Assembly (NCBI GenBank): GCA_002633005.1
Contig: NMRA01000001.1
Coordinates: forward strand, 2,525,695-2,589,694
Source of the DNA: Phoronis australis
Lineage: Eukaryota; Animalia; Phoronida
Direction: 5' to 3'
Length of the DNA stretch: 64,000 bases
Part shown: positions 1 to 12,600 of the stretch, in pieces
How positions within the stretch are numbered: the stretch's first letter is position 1
Layout: every line of letters begins with the position of its first letter
Made by a program: the position numbers and the translations under genes
Notes under the pieces: generated by a model
Seen by the model: only the letters and a program-made list of their open reading frames with translations
Databases searched by the model: none
What the model was told of the DNA's origin: nothing

Positions 1-740
1 AACCACACAAGGAGGCACAGCAGTAACCAGATCCATCTGAAAGTCATCATCACCTGTTTTCACCTTTATAGGAATAGATTTGCCAAATTTAGCAAAGATT
101 CTGCAGAAGGTTTAGAAGATACACAGGCAAATTTGTAAAAAATAAAATTGCACACCTGTAGTCGGAAAAAACTGAAAATTCACTCATGTCGTCCCATCCG
201 TGAAGGAATACACCTACAAAATTTCATGAGCATCCATCATTCATCCAGGGGTGTGGGAGACAGAGCAGCATACGTCAGATGAACGGACATGAATGGCAGT
301 AGAAAACACCAGTATAAAAATATGTGGCCAGATAAAAATACTCTCTATTTTTAGAAAACGTACTGCACAAAAATGCAAACAGGAGAATGAATACCTCAGA
401 TAAAATTAAGTATTTAAAGATCCTAACGAAGACAATGCCATTCTATCTGGCAGTCACGTCCCTAAAAACTCCTAAAAGAGAGACTCCCCGTCTTTAGTAC
501 CACAAAAACGTTATTTTATGCTGGTGCTCGTTTAACTTACAGGTGTACTTGCCAATATTATGCACAACAAGCATTAGTGTAATTTACAGAAAATATCCCA
601 GCACATAGGATGTATTAGTGTGTGCCACTGCCAATAATCAACTCAAGTACTCTCAGTCTGCTTATAGCCTATAGGTCAGATGTGAGGGTCCCAGATTTGA
701 GAACTCCACTGAACAGTGCTGAATATCAAAAGCAAAGACA

Positions 741-891
741 CATCCAGGGGGGTAAAGGGGGTCCGGACCCCCCTTTTTCCTTTGATTTTAATCGTATCAA
801 ATCTAGAATTTTTAATTTGCTGACTTGGGACGCCCTCTTTTAAAAAATCCATGATCTTATCCCCCTTTTAAAAATCCTGGATCCGCCCCTG
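741..891. mobile_element. GC-rich MITE of the same family as 40685-40844
   Basis: tccagggggg...cccccttttt...cctggatccgcccctg. Confidence 0.6.
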
Positions 892-1775
892 AAAAGGCAT
901 TAGTTAGTGGAATGAACTGGTTCTCTTTCCTCCTCAGAACCAGGACCGTTACATGCAGCTTGAACCGTATATTCATTCATTGAAGTTTAGGCTGAAAATT
1001 GAAGATGATGATCAATGTCATTGACTGAGCTGTCATACAGTGTCATGTCATTCATTCAAACATCAGGTGGTCAAGAAAATCTCGGTTTCAGATTCAGTCA
1101 ATGAAAAATTGACACGAAAATTGACGGAAACAGCTAAGAACTACAAGAATGAGTTTTATACTTGATGGAAGCCTGAATTAAAAAATATATCTGCATAAGA
1201 AGGGACCAAAACAATTACCTGCCTGTCCATGTTAGACCGGATGTAAACATTCTTGATACACTTACGTTCGATTACATAATCAAACTGACCTTCTTCAACT
1301 TACTACAAATTCAAGGACAAATAAATTATCAATTACAACATATGAGGTGAAAATTCATGTAAGTGTGCGGAATTAAAACTTTGATATATTGACAGCTTGA
1401 TGTTTTCGCGCGACACATTTCCTCTGAACAAAAGGAAACTACAGATCCAGACAAGCGAAGTTGCTGTGGCGCGAATTTCAGAATTCCATCAAAAATAAGG
1501 TTGTTTCGGCACTTAGTTTAAATGTAAGTTGTTATTAGATTAGTCATGCAATTCTAATTACCTTTACCTTCGTACACTGCTCCCCTTTCTTCAGTTTTGA
1601 GTTTGAATTAGTTGATACTCAATAGGCATTTTCGTACATCGTCATCGCCTTGTATACCATAATTTACATCGCCCTGGATCCCGCAGGCATAGAGTGGCGA
1701 TGGTACATCCCCACAAAAAGTTACGAATTTCAAAATACAGGAAATAAAATCAAATGGAACATGCATATGTGCACA

Positions 1776-2707
1776 TAGGCAATGACCATCGCCTCTGTTG
1801 GCCCGGCCAGAGGCGATGCAGCTAGGCGCTCCATACGCCGGAAGCTTTTCGGTGAATTATGCCTCGCACCGACTAAAACACCAAAGTCACATTACTATAA
1901 ATGCCTTTTGCGCATAGAGGAACACCTTAGGAGGTTGTCGATGTGTTTAATTCCTTCCAACTCGAACAAATACTTCAGTTATGAAACTTTCTTCGAGCAG
2001 TCCCTATTTCAGTTCCCAAAATCGTGAACTCACCATTTTCACTCGGCACACGCCAAGAGATATGACCTCATTCTTTTAACCAGGCCGAAGGTCAGAAGTT
2101 GCGGTCCTACCAGCGAACTTTGAAAGCTGAAGTCCCCGCCCTCTGCGTACGTGCTGCCAGGAACCAGCCGTGCATTTGCCGTGTTGTTAAACATTAAAAC
2201 GTCAAATATGTGCACAAAGACTATTAAATGTCATATCAAATGCATTTATTTTTATCAAATACAAACAATAATTCATTGAAATATAATCAGTTTCAAGTAA
2301 CGCCAATTAAAGACAAGTAGTGGTGGCATTTTGGAAACGGAACATTTGGACCGCAATGGCTCACCTTTGGCCTATTTAAAGATTGAGGTCATGAAGTCAC
2401 TTCACCTAGCGAGTGCGGTAAAAATTGGAGCCTGCGCAGTATAAAAATGGTGAGTTCACGATTTTGGGAACTGAAATAGGGACTGCTCGAAGAAAAAGTT
2501 TGATAACGGGAGTATTTGTTCGAGTTGGAAGGAATTAGACACATCGACAACCTCCTAAGGTGTTACTCTATGCGCAAAGGCATTTATAACAACGTGACTT
2601 TGGTGTTTTAGTCGGTGCAAGGCATAATTCGCTGAAAAGCTTCCATCATATGGAGCGCCTATAAGAGCTGCATCGCCTCTGGTCGGGCCAACAGAGGTCA
2701 TTGCCTA
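1776..2707. mobile_element. Non-autonomous Mutator (MULE)-type foldback element
   Basis: Long imperfect TIRs (1776-2039 vs 2443-2707, plus an inner pair ~2062-2107 vs ~2349-2393). Perfect 9-bp target-site duplication ATGTGCACA at 1767-1775 and 2708-2716. No ORF. Confidence 0.85.
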
Positions 2708-2779
2708 ATGTGCACATGGAGTTATAATTAACACATACCATAAGTCTGGAGACGATTCAGTCAAGATAATTTGAAAAAA

Positions 2780-3280
2780 ATTGTTGAAAATCTGGCGCAG
2801 TTTGCTCGAGTTTCTCTTACGGGGTGTCATTTTGAGGAAGTTAAGTGAAATCGAACATGTTGACGAATAAAAAGTCCAAGGGACACAAATCTTTCAAATT
2901 TCACCTGATACCCGTCCCATGCTATTTTGCAAGTGTCACGCGCCAGCATCAGGCGTTTCGCTCAGTCTTGTGCTAGCCTTTGCCTGATTCATGTGACTCA
3001 GTGGAAATACTTTGTGGTTATCGCGCACGTGGTGAAAAAAGTTAATGGTGACCAAAAAAGTTTGTTGACTTGTCTGAATGACAAATTGTTTGGGTATAAG
3101 CGGGCGTGCAATTGGGACCGAATTAATGGTGACAATTTATGCACACTATCGAGTTTATGTTGTGACAAGTGAAGAGAGGTGCATCTAAATATGTAAGTCC
3201 TGAACCGGCGTGGAAATGTAGATCACAAAATTTTTAAGTCTGATCTGCACGCCACGTGCTGGCCACATCACGTGACCTAA
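2780..3280 (+). promoter_or_regulatory. Probable CpG-rich promoter / non-coding first exon of the consortin-like gene
   Basis: High CpG density, three CACGTG E-boxes (~3026, ~3253, ~3269) and a candidate donor GTAAGT at 3193. The first coding exon starts right after an acceptor (3628), so an upstream exon is required. Confidence 0.45.
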
Positions 3281-3281
3281 T

Positions 3282-3461
3282 GAAAACTAGTCTGAAAAGA
3301 TTTCTGCCCCCGACTGGGACTCAAAGTCGGCGAAGTTGGATTGGATTTCAGTGTTTGACTGGCGGTCCTGATGTCTCAGTGGCTAGAGCATCTGCATGGT
3401 TTGAAGAAGGTCCCGGGTTCGAGTGCTGGTTGGGGGCAGGAATCTTTTCAGACAATTTTTC
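3282..3461 (+). pseudogene. tRNA-derived (SINE-like) sequence embedded in a ~180-bp palindrome
   Basis: A-box-like tgtctcagtggctagagc (~3372) and B-box gggttcgagtgc (~3415). gtctgaaaagatttctgccccc (3290) is inverted against gggggcaggaatcttttcagac (ending 3453). The cloverleaf is degenerate. Confidence 0.5.
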
Positions 3462-3628
3462 AAAATATTTTCTTTTGGTAGCTGTGGTGCATAACTTGAA
3501 CATGGTAAAGCATTAAAAGTTTGACGCTTCATCTTTTACGTAAAAATAAAATAAATAAAATTTCACTTATACGCCATAGTGTGTGCCCCTAGCATGTATA
3601 ACTAAACAGTCTTATTTGTATTTTATAG

Positions 3629-6600
3629 ATGTCAAGTGAAAGTGAGGCTGCAAGCCCTGGAGACGTTGACACTGTTGATGACAGGTTTGTTCTTACCATG
3701 TAAAGCCGGGTATCCATTCATGCTTCTTAAGGCATCAGGACACCTTCATTGCCAAGGAGGGAATTTCTTCAATAAAACTTTAGTAGTGATAGTAGACTCA
3801 TAAAACTAAAATACATTTTTAAAATCTGATGATCGCAGGATCTTTGTATGTGACCAGATGCCCAGATGTTCATAATCTTTTGATTGCATTTGTACTGGAG
3901 ATTGGTCATTTTTCGTGGAGATCGCTGGATTTTCTAAAAATGTTTTCTCATGAAATTTTCAAATTCAGTTTCTTGGGTATTCTTCTGGCTACAATAGCCC
4001 GTCAGGGATTTCTTTATTACCTTTTAGTCCAAGACCTTCAATGTCAAAACTAAGATGTCAACATTCTGTCAAAACTCAGATTCTTGGTTTGACAGCCGAG
4101 TTCTTGGACTTAAAGGCCTTAAAATAGAATCCCAGGCACACTTTTGTAATTTAATTTAAATGAAACAATTTGCAAAATTTATGGAAAAATTTGCATTTGT
4201 GGAAAATTTGGCTGTCAACACGAAAGTTCACTGATTTATAGAAAAAAATGCAATCGTGATTACAAATGTGCGGGCATTTCCTCCATGTAGTCAAAGATTT
4301 AAAAAAAAATGATGGATCTTCTGTTTATACTTTAAAAGTTAGTTAAGGAATTCAACCCTTGGCAACAAAAGGCATCCAAACACCTTGAGACATTTCTAGT
4401 GGAGTGTCCTACTGTGAACATCATTTGTTCCTTAATTTCAAGCTAAATTTTAAATTTCCTCTAACTGCGGGTTGGAAAAATGATCAACCGTGCATGTTTC
4501 AGAAGATTTGTGAAAACAATGAGAATGTCTAACCATAGTATGTATTATAATTTCATAATTTCAAATGAAATATCTGATCAAGCATTCATTTGATATGTGG
4601 GAGCATGTCTCGTGGTGATTACTTTGTATTAAATGCCATCTAAGTGTTACAATTATCGCACAATATTTGAGTCTTGTTCATTTTTAATGAAGTTGCTTTA
4701 TTTTTATTTAACTCTTGCTTTTCAGGGTTGATGAGATCAGCCAGTCTGATGATATTGATGAAGATCTGAACCAGTTCGGTGAGGCTGCCTCCTGATAAAC
4801 TGCCTTTAAATCTTTGAAGGAGTTTTCATTGCTACTTGTGCCATCAAAATGCGAAAATCATTGCCATCTGTTTCCAGATCAATTGTACTTCACATTGCTT
4901 GTCATTTCTAACACCATGCCTGCAAACATGGTTCACTTGGCACCTTGGTTTTCAGCGAAAACTTGCACTTGTGCGATTTAGAAGTCATAAGCTGTGTTAA
5001 GCTCTGAGTAGCAATAAAATGTCCCTCAAGTCACTGAATGTGATTTTGCAAGTTGCTTGGAAAATTTTCCACCAAATGACTTGAAAGTTCAAAGTTTGTC
5101 AGCTGTTCCTGGATGTACTTTGGCATCAAATACCCAGTCAGCAGCTGGGCAGCTGATGAGCGTTGGAGACATAAAATCAAGTCCCAAAGCCCTAAGTTAG
5201 GTTACCCAATTTTTTAAATAGCGTATTTTTTCAGATCTCAGAAATTGTATTTTGCATTGGCACTCTAGAAAATTTGCTGCACGTTTATCGCCTGCTAGTA
5301 ATCCTTGTCCATCCGACGTCCAATGCTGGATAGATGTTCATGAAATTTTGCAGACGTGTGGATTTTGAGTCAATTACTGCAGAGTCTCCTAGTGGCAATT
5401 TACTTTTTCTCTGCATTTGTATGAATATCTGTCAATTTTTTCCCACGGTTGGTTTTGACTAGTCACGCTAACGAGTTTGAATTGGCCAACTTGATGACAA
5501 GAAATGTATCTGTAACATAAAAAGATCGTTGAAGTGACGCAGAGCCTGTTTGTTTGTGTAGATTTGACCAATGGTAGTGAACTGGATGGGCGTGGACGGA
5601 ATGAATTGTTTGAAAAAGGCAAGGCTTATCAACAGAAGGGAAACAGAGAACTGGCGCTGAAGTGTTTCATAGGGTGCATCAAAGGAATCAAGGAGAACTC
5701 TGGTTTCCTCTATCTTCCACAGTGCTTGAGAGCTGTGAGTGTGCCACCAGTTTGAACTCTGCTTGACTCATGTACTGTCAGGGCAGTTAGTGGCGTGTTT
5801 ACCATCTTTTAACAGAAACGAAGTGTACTTCAAAGTCGAATCCACGTTTTCCATGTCATGTAAAAAAACTTGCAGTGTGCTGACAAAGGCTAGTCGAAGA
5901 TTAGTCCTTGCAACTTCAGTATCATAAGAAAAAAAATGATGTCATCACCCTTTGTCTTTGATTGGTTGTGGTGCCATGTTTGTACATTTCACTAGTATGG
6001 TATAGGTTCTTGGCTTTGAAGCTATTCATGAGTTGTTTTGGGGTATAGCATTTCGTTAATGGTAGTCATTTGAGATTAACTGCAGGCCTATTCATTTGTT
6101 AGTCAGTAATGGCGATATGACATGTGGCCAAAAACTGATTTAATTTACTTGTTTTAGATCGCTGACACGTATTACGCAATGGAAGATTGTATCCTTTGAC
6201 TACTATGTTCTTCAGGATAGAGTTTGCAGAAATGAGAAGACAGTGTGCGCTTGGTGAATCATTTTGTCAAAGATTTCACTTGTTTTAGGGGAAACTATTT
6301 CACTTCGACTACCATTTCCTGATGTTGGGGAACTCCAAATTCACTAGGCATCACATTCCGGTAAATCGCACGGTCCCTTATCCATTACCCTCATGTTGAT
6401 GAGCTGCTTTCTGAATTCAATCTATTCAAATGTCAAAAGTGGGTCTTTTATTCCTCAGCACCACCTGCTGAATGTCGAAGTTGTGCATTTGATGCACTGG
6501 TCAAACAGGAATGGCCTGAGGCTGGTGAGAACATCTTCAAGGTTGGCCGTGACTATTTTGTCTCATTCAGAACATCCAAACTGTTTTACCGTATTAAAGC

Positions 6601-9600
6601 AATAAGAAATAAAATTTCTGCTGATCGCACTTTTGAATTCCTCATCAGACGCTCATTGGTTTAGTGATTGAATCACGTAAATCCATTTGGGAGAACCAAA
6701 GTTGCACAAGTAGTTCTGCTGGTTTCGATGTCACTTGCAGAAGCCTTTAGAGGCGTGTGTGTTAGTATAGTCTGACATTGCGCTTTTGAAGTTGTTGGTT
6801 GTATGGTATTGCATGGATATGTTGTTTTGCAAAAGACACCTTAACTGTCAAACCACAGATAGCAAAGCTGTGCAGTTTATTCAAGCAGAGAAAATGTACT
6901 ACGAGACTGCCTTAGTCGACACTGCAGAGTTACAGTCTAAAATTGGTAAGGCAAGCTGCTAGGTATGCAGTAAAGAAAAATCTCTAATTTTGGACGAAAG
7001 TAATTGCCAAAATTTCCCCTTTTTTCTATTTTCAAGGGTTTCTTATATTTAATTGTTGTGAATGCCGACACTTGTTCAAAATATTGTCTTGCAGAACTTG
7101 AAAACTGTTAATTATGGGTACTAGGTGTCTTTTATAAAAATGAATAAGTAACATTTAAGGTGTCCTAATTTGGTGAGATTTTACTGTGTACTCAATCTGT
7201 CATTGTTGGTCAAACAATGATGGAGATGAATGAAAATGAACTATGCTGCTGAAACTGATGAGCCAACTTCAGTAGAAAAAGTAAGTGAAGCTTGGTGAAA
7301 TTTCTAAAAGAATTGAGAAAATAAGCATGATACATACTATTTCTTTAAGGATTTGATGTACTTCTGGACTTCTTTGTCTTGTGGTGTCGGTTTTAAGGAA
7401 AGCACTTGTCAAAAATGAGTCATTAAATGACTGATTTACGCAGTGCATGTTTCATAGTTTTAGAAACTGGACTTCAAGCAGTTAAAAACCTGCGTTCCGT
7501 TCATGAAGAAAACTTTGGACCATTTATTGGTCTCTACCTGTTCATTACTCCTATCAGAAGTGTGTCGTAAGTTTCAGTGAAATGCACTATTAACATTTCA
7601 ACTTTCATCTAAAACAGTCCGCCACAGTACGGTTATGGTTGTTTGTTGAATTTCGTGGAAAGTGGCTGCTAAAATAGAAGGTACACTTACTTTATTGAAT
7701 TTTTTAGTTGTGACAAAGTTGTAAGTTCGTCTTAAAAAACTTTGTAGCGTTTCTTTGTTTGTATCTTCCATTAGAAAACTTCCTCTGTTGGTCTTGAAAA
7801 CAAGCTTTTAGTGATTGTTGATTGGTTATTTAGACCTTGAAACAGTTTCCCCACCACAGTTTTTTCATTTAGTAGTTGCACAGTTGTCAAACCTGAAAGA
7901 CTGTCATGTCAAATCAAATTTGTTCTGTCATAAGACATGATTATACTTTAGCTGAATATACCATCAGACTTTTAAAATGGCCATGCTTCAGGTGAATATT
8001 CTAATCGTAGTCAAAACATTAAGTGATTTTTGCATAATCAGCTGAATGTGTTGTAGTGGCAAGCACGTTATCTGAGCATGCTTCAGCTCAATATAACATC
8101 ATATTACTTAAAAACATAAATGTCCATACTTCAGCTGAAAGTAAAGCGAATGAAGACGTTAAGACAACAGGGAAAGATGGTGGTGACTCGGAATCAGCAG
8201 AAGCCCTGAAAGCAATTGAGTATGAGAACCTTGCTCGCCTCTGCCTGGACAAACAGCAGTGAGTACAACTTGGTTTACTATTGAACGAACCAAATTTAAT
8301 TTAAAGTGGAAATTGTATGTTAATTACTTATCTTTGTGATTGCATGGCCAAATTATTTAGAAACGCAGCATAAAACGACAATGTGAATATGAAGTAGTTT
8401 GAAAACTGCTAAAATTTAAGAGCGAGATTTGTGGCGATAATAATCTGCTGCAAATTACTGAACTGTGTCCAGTAAGTATCTTGATGTGGTGCTGGGTTAT
8501 AACGACGCATGATGTGAGTCTGTGAGGTATGTCATTAGTGCAAAGGTCACGTATTTGCAGAATTTTTTGTTTTCATATTATTTTACAAATTGCCAGTGAA
8601 TACAACTCCACTTTGTTTAGCTTAGATTATGTTAAAATGGCATTATCGTTTAGTTCCTGCTATACATTAGCATAGTTAGGAGCATGCAAATACATCTTTA
8701 AAACCCCATTCAGATGTCGCGTGAATCTCAATTTAAAAACTGTAAGAACTTAATGGACATAAAAGATAAAGTTGTGACATTTTAGTGAAAAGTGAAACAG
8801 GCCCCTTCTGACTATGTGTGGCATTGTGAGTTTTGAATTTCAAGTGGCGGTATTCTAACTCCGGACAGTCTTATTGGTTTACATCAGAAAAACGTTGTTA
8901 CTTTATCACCATTTTATCATGTGTCCCATGACAGGCCAATGCTGGCTCTGGAGTACAGTGCCAAGGCAGCCAAACTTCGACAGCAGGTGTATGGCGAGTC
9001 TCACCCCATCACACAGAGCAGCCTGGATCTGTTCACCACAATGTACGCTGAAGTCGGAAAACAACAGTACATGGGTATGTGCATTATTTTATAAAAAATG
9101 TTCTGTCTACAATCGGGAAATGAAATTTTGCTAGGGATGTTGCTCTGTCAGAAACTTGCTTGTCCGTTGATTATCTCACTGGATCATAATTCATTCAATT
9201 TGTCACGGTTGTATGCCAAGAATGCGCTGCCATAAGGTAATTTCCATCTGAATTCAATTCCATTTTAGTTTTCTACAATGTCTGTCAACTATTGTCGAAA
9301 CAACTTAATGATGACAAAAATTCATGCACAGGTAGGGACGTGGCAGGAATGCGCTGGCACCAGTCGATTTTTTAGACAGACTAGACTACCATAGCATAGT
9401 CTTTTGACATTCACCTTGGTATTTACTGAAGTGAACGACCGATGTTTGTGGAATTCTGTTTTTAGGTACTTGCATTGCGCATGTTAGGACCTATTATAAG
9501 TTGACTATTATAATAGCAATAATTGCTCTAGGTGAGAATGTTCAAAATGTCGATACTCCCTTTGCTGTATGCTGTGTACACGTCAGGCGCCTATCAATAC

Positions 9601-12600
9601 TCGGCATAGCTCTTGTTATTTTTGTTGTTGGCAAAAATTCTCCTAGTCTGTCATAAAATGGAGTGTGTTGTTTCAGAAACTTTGAGAAAGATAGGTGACA
9701 AAGCGTACACAGTTCCTGATGCCCAGCATAGTGAACCATCACAAGGGACCGACACACTGCAGCAGCAAAGCGAGGCAACAGAAACAACTCTACGACATAG
9801 GAGGGCGCCACCTAGTGGTGTGTCGTTTGTCTTCTTTCTTAAAACTGTATTCGTATCAGTCTTGTCATGACACATGTTTTCTGAAGTAATGAAGAACTCA
9901 GTTCTCAGTGACCAGAAACAGTGGAATGCTTGCATTAGGCACTTGACTTTCAGTTAGTTTCTCATTTTCTTCCGAGAGTGTATCTAAATATCAATTTATC
10001 CTTTAGATAATATGGCCTGAAACCAGTGTAATGCTTTATTAAAAAATCTCATCAATTCCAGACATAAATTCATGTCGGAATTTCATCTTTTATAATGTTT
10101 CAAGGGTTTCCAACACTGTTCTGATACCCACAGTTTTTAAAAAGAACATTGTTTGATAGTTGATATGTACAGGGGAACAAAAACCTGGGATAGCTTTAAT
10201 TTAGTGGTGCACATCTTTTATGAAACAATGAGGAAATAAAATTTATCTTCTCCAACATGTTATTGAGATTTTACCATGTCTTTTGAAATATTTGAGGAAA
10301 TTTGTAATTGACAGGGATTTCCCTTGGCCTGCGTGTTCTGAATATTGCATATTAGCTGGCAGGCAACGACATCAGTAATTATGGTAGTGTTGGTGAGAAA
10401 TACACCAAACTGACTGTTAACAGTTCTTGACAGCAATAAATCTTAGTCTTCTTATATTCTATCACGTGACCTATGGTTAAGTTTGAAAAGATCACAGTCC
10501 TGACGGGGGTGCAAAAAGAACATAATTATACACAATTATAATTTTTGTGTTTTAGGTGATAAAGAAGACCATACATTAGACAGTAGTAAACAAGAAGATC
10601 AAGTAGCTGATGAAGAGCAACGGAAGCGTAATGCAGAAAGGGTCCTCAGAGGTATGGACTGGCACGAAGCTTGAATTACGGCTAGGAAATGACTTATGCC
10701 CAAGTTAAAACATTTGAAATCTTAGAAAATACAACCAAAATAATTAAAATTTGAATGTGCATTGCTATAAAAAGAGCAGTTTCATTTTGACCGGTGGTGA
10801 CCCCTCATTATACATGCAACAATCGGACTCACAAAATTGTTGAAGCTATCCGTTGTTGTATCCAGAAAAAAGGAGCCTTAATCCCCCGCCTATTGTTAAT
10901 ATTGTGATGATGGCGATCACCTTATAAATCTCCCATTTTCCATAGCTACGAGGATCTCGCGGTGCATACTTTGCTCAACCAAATTTGAAACCTCTCCATG
11001 CAGTGTCCTTCATTGGGATGTATACATGTTCAACTCCATCTATTGGCAGGATACACAGGTTATGTTTTCTGGTTTCATTAGTTGGTTACATTCTTCTTAG
11101 CTGACCGGTGTCCCACAATCCATTGCAGATATTCCACCAATCCCAAACTGCAAAAAGGTCAGTTAGGGTCGCATTGTAATAAACGTTTGAATCATTCCTT
11201 TTTGTAATTAGTTAGACCAAAGCATAATTATGATGAGGAGTATTTTTCATAGACAACTACATGTCTTTTATTGACAGAATCCCAGAGGTTCTCTCTCAAA
11301 TAAGAGTTGAGGGCTACTATAGCGTGTATATTAGGTGATGATAATGATTTTAAATTAGCATCTGATGTGGTGATGGCTGTGACCTCTGCAGCCATGATTG
11401 GTTTTGCTACATAGGCTTTTGTTACTGATGTCTAAAACTGCTATGAGCCCGCTGTCTGCCAAATAAGGTCAATTAAGGCCAAATAAGGCTAATTTTTATT
11501 TAAATCTCTTACCATGATAAAGCAGATGTCGACTTGTTTCCTTTCTTAGATTTAAGAGAGCCACCTTAGGTGCATAAAATGACCCACCCTTGGTGCGTAA
11601 AATGACCCACCCTCAGTGCGTAAAAGAACCCACCCTCGGTGCGTAACATGACCCATCCTTGGTACGTAAAATGACCCACCCTCAGTGCGTAAAAGAACCC
11701 ACCCTCGGTGCGTAACATGACCCATCCTTGGTGCGTAGAATGACCCACCAGGTCAAACGAAATCATTCATCCCCACCTCAAAACGGTGTTAGGAAAGAAT
11801 GAGAATATTATACATTAAGTGATCAAAGATTATACTAAACATCTCAGAAAATGAAAAAAAAAATATTTGTTGCTCTCATATGGCTCTGCATTAGAGTTCA
11901 TTTGAATGAACAGGAACATCGTTTGTGCAATTTTAATGCTGCAAATTCAGCTGGTGGTACTCAACCTTATTTGGTGTCAGTTAGGAAAAATATATATATC
12001 ATGAAACTTGGCACATCACCCCTTATAGGTGACGTAATGCATTTTTCATACTGTGACCTCAAATTTAATGCCAAACCTTTCCTTGAGATATCAGATCAGT
12101 TATCAAAATGTTACGTACTGTTGAAGTTAATAAAATATTAGTTTGCTAAACTCATTCCATGAAAATATTGGGAAGGGTAGTTCTCCACTTATTTAGCACA
12201 CTCATCTTAGTTTGCAAAAGTGATATTTTGGCCTTCACTTGTTTTGCACAAAGCTACTTGGTGGGATCTTCTTGCCTCGCCTACTTCGCACAGTCAGTTT
12301 TGCATTTGGGAAAGTATCAACGCAATGCCCTGTCATTGATTCTAGTTATACACACTTCTTTAACTGTGTTAATAAGGTTTAAGCATTGTATCCTCAGCTC
12401 TCAATTGGTTCATTTGAATTCGAATATCTCATGTCGTTGTAAATATGAGATGAAAGAGATGACCTGTATGAGTGGGGTGTCACTCAGAGTCATACACTCA
12501 TGAGAGTGTTTCACCAATGACGGGTAAAGTACTCTTATAATGGAGCAGGATCAACGAGGAAATTTAATTGCCTGTTGGTTCCTGTTGGCAACCCATAGGT

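Noticed and set aside
1-1700. A divergent minus-strand gene leaving the window (donor-like sites near 1217, 1265 and 1568)
   Set aside because: No coherent reading frame could be assembled.
3362-3437. Functional tRNA gene
   Set aside because: The acceptor and anticodon stems do not pair properly, so it is treated as a tRNA-derived repeat.
7254-7285. Hammerhead ribozyme core (CTGATGAG...GAAA); similar CTGATGAG at 5153, 25638 and 62409
   Set aside because: No convincing stems II/III or GUH cleavage triplet geometry.
11570-11751. Regular 23-bp array considered as a CRISPR-like or guide array (also 51386-51595)
   Set aside because: Units are head-to-tail without unique spacers and there is no associated nuclease gene. 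These are ordinary minisatellites.
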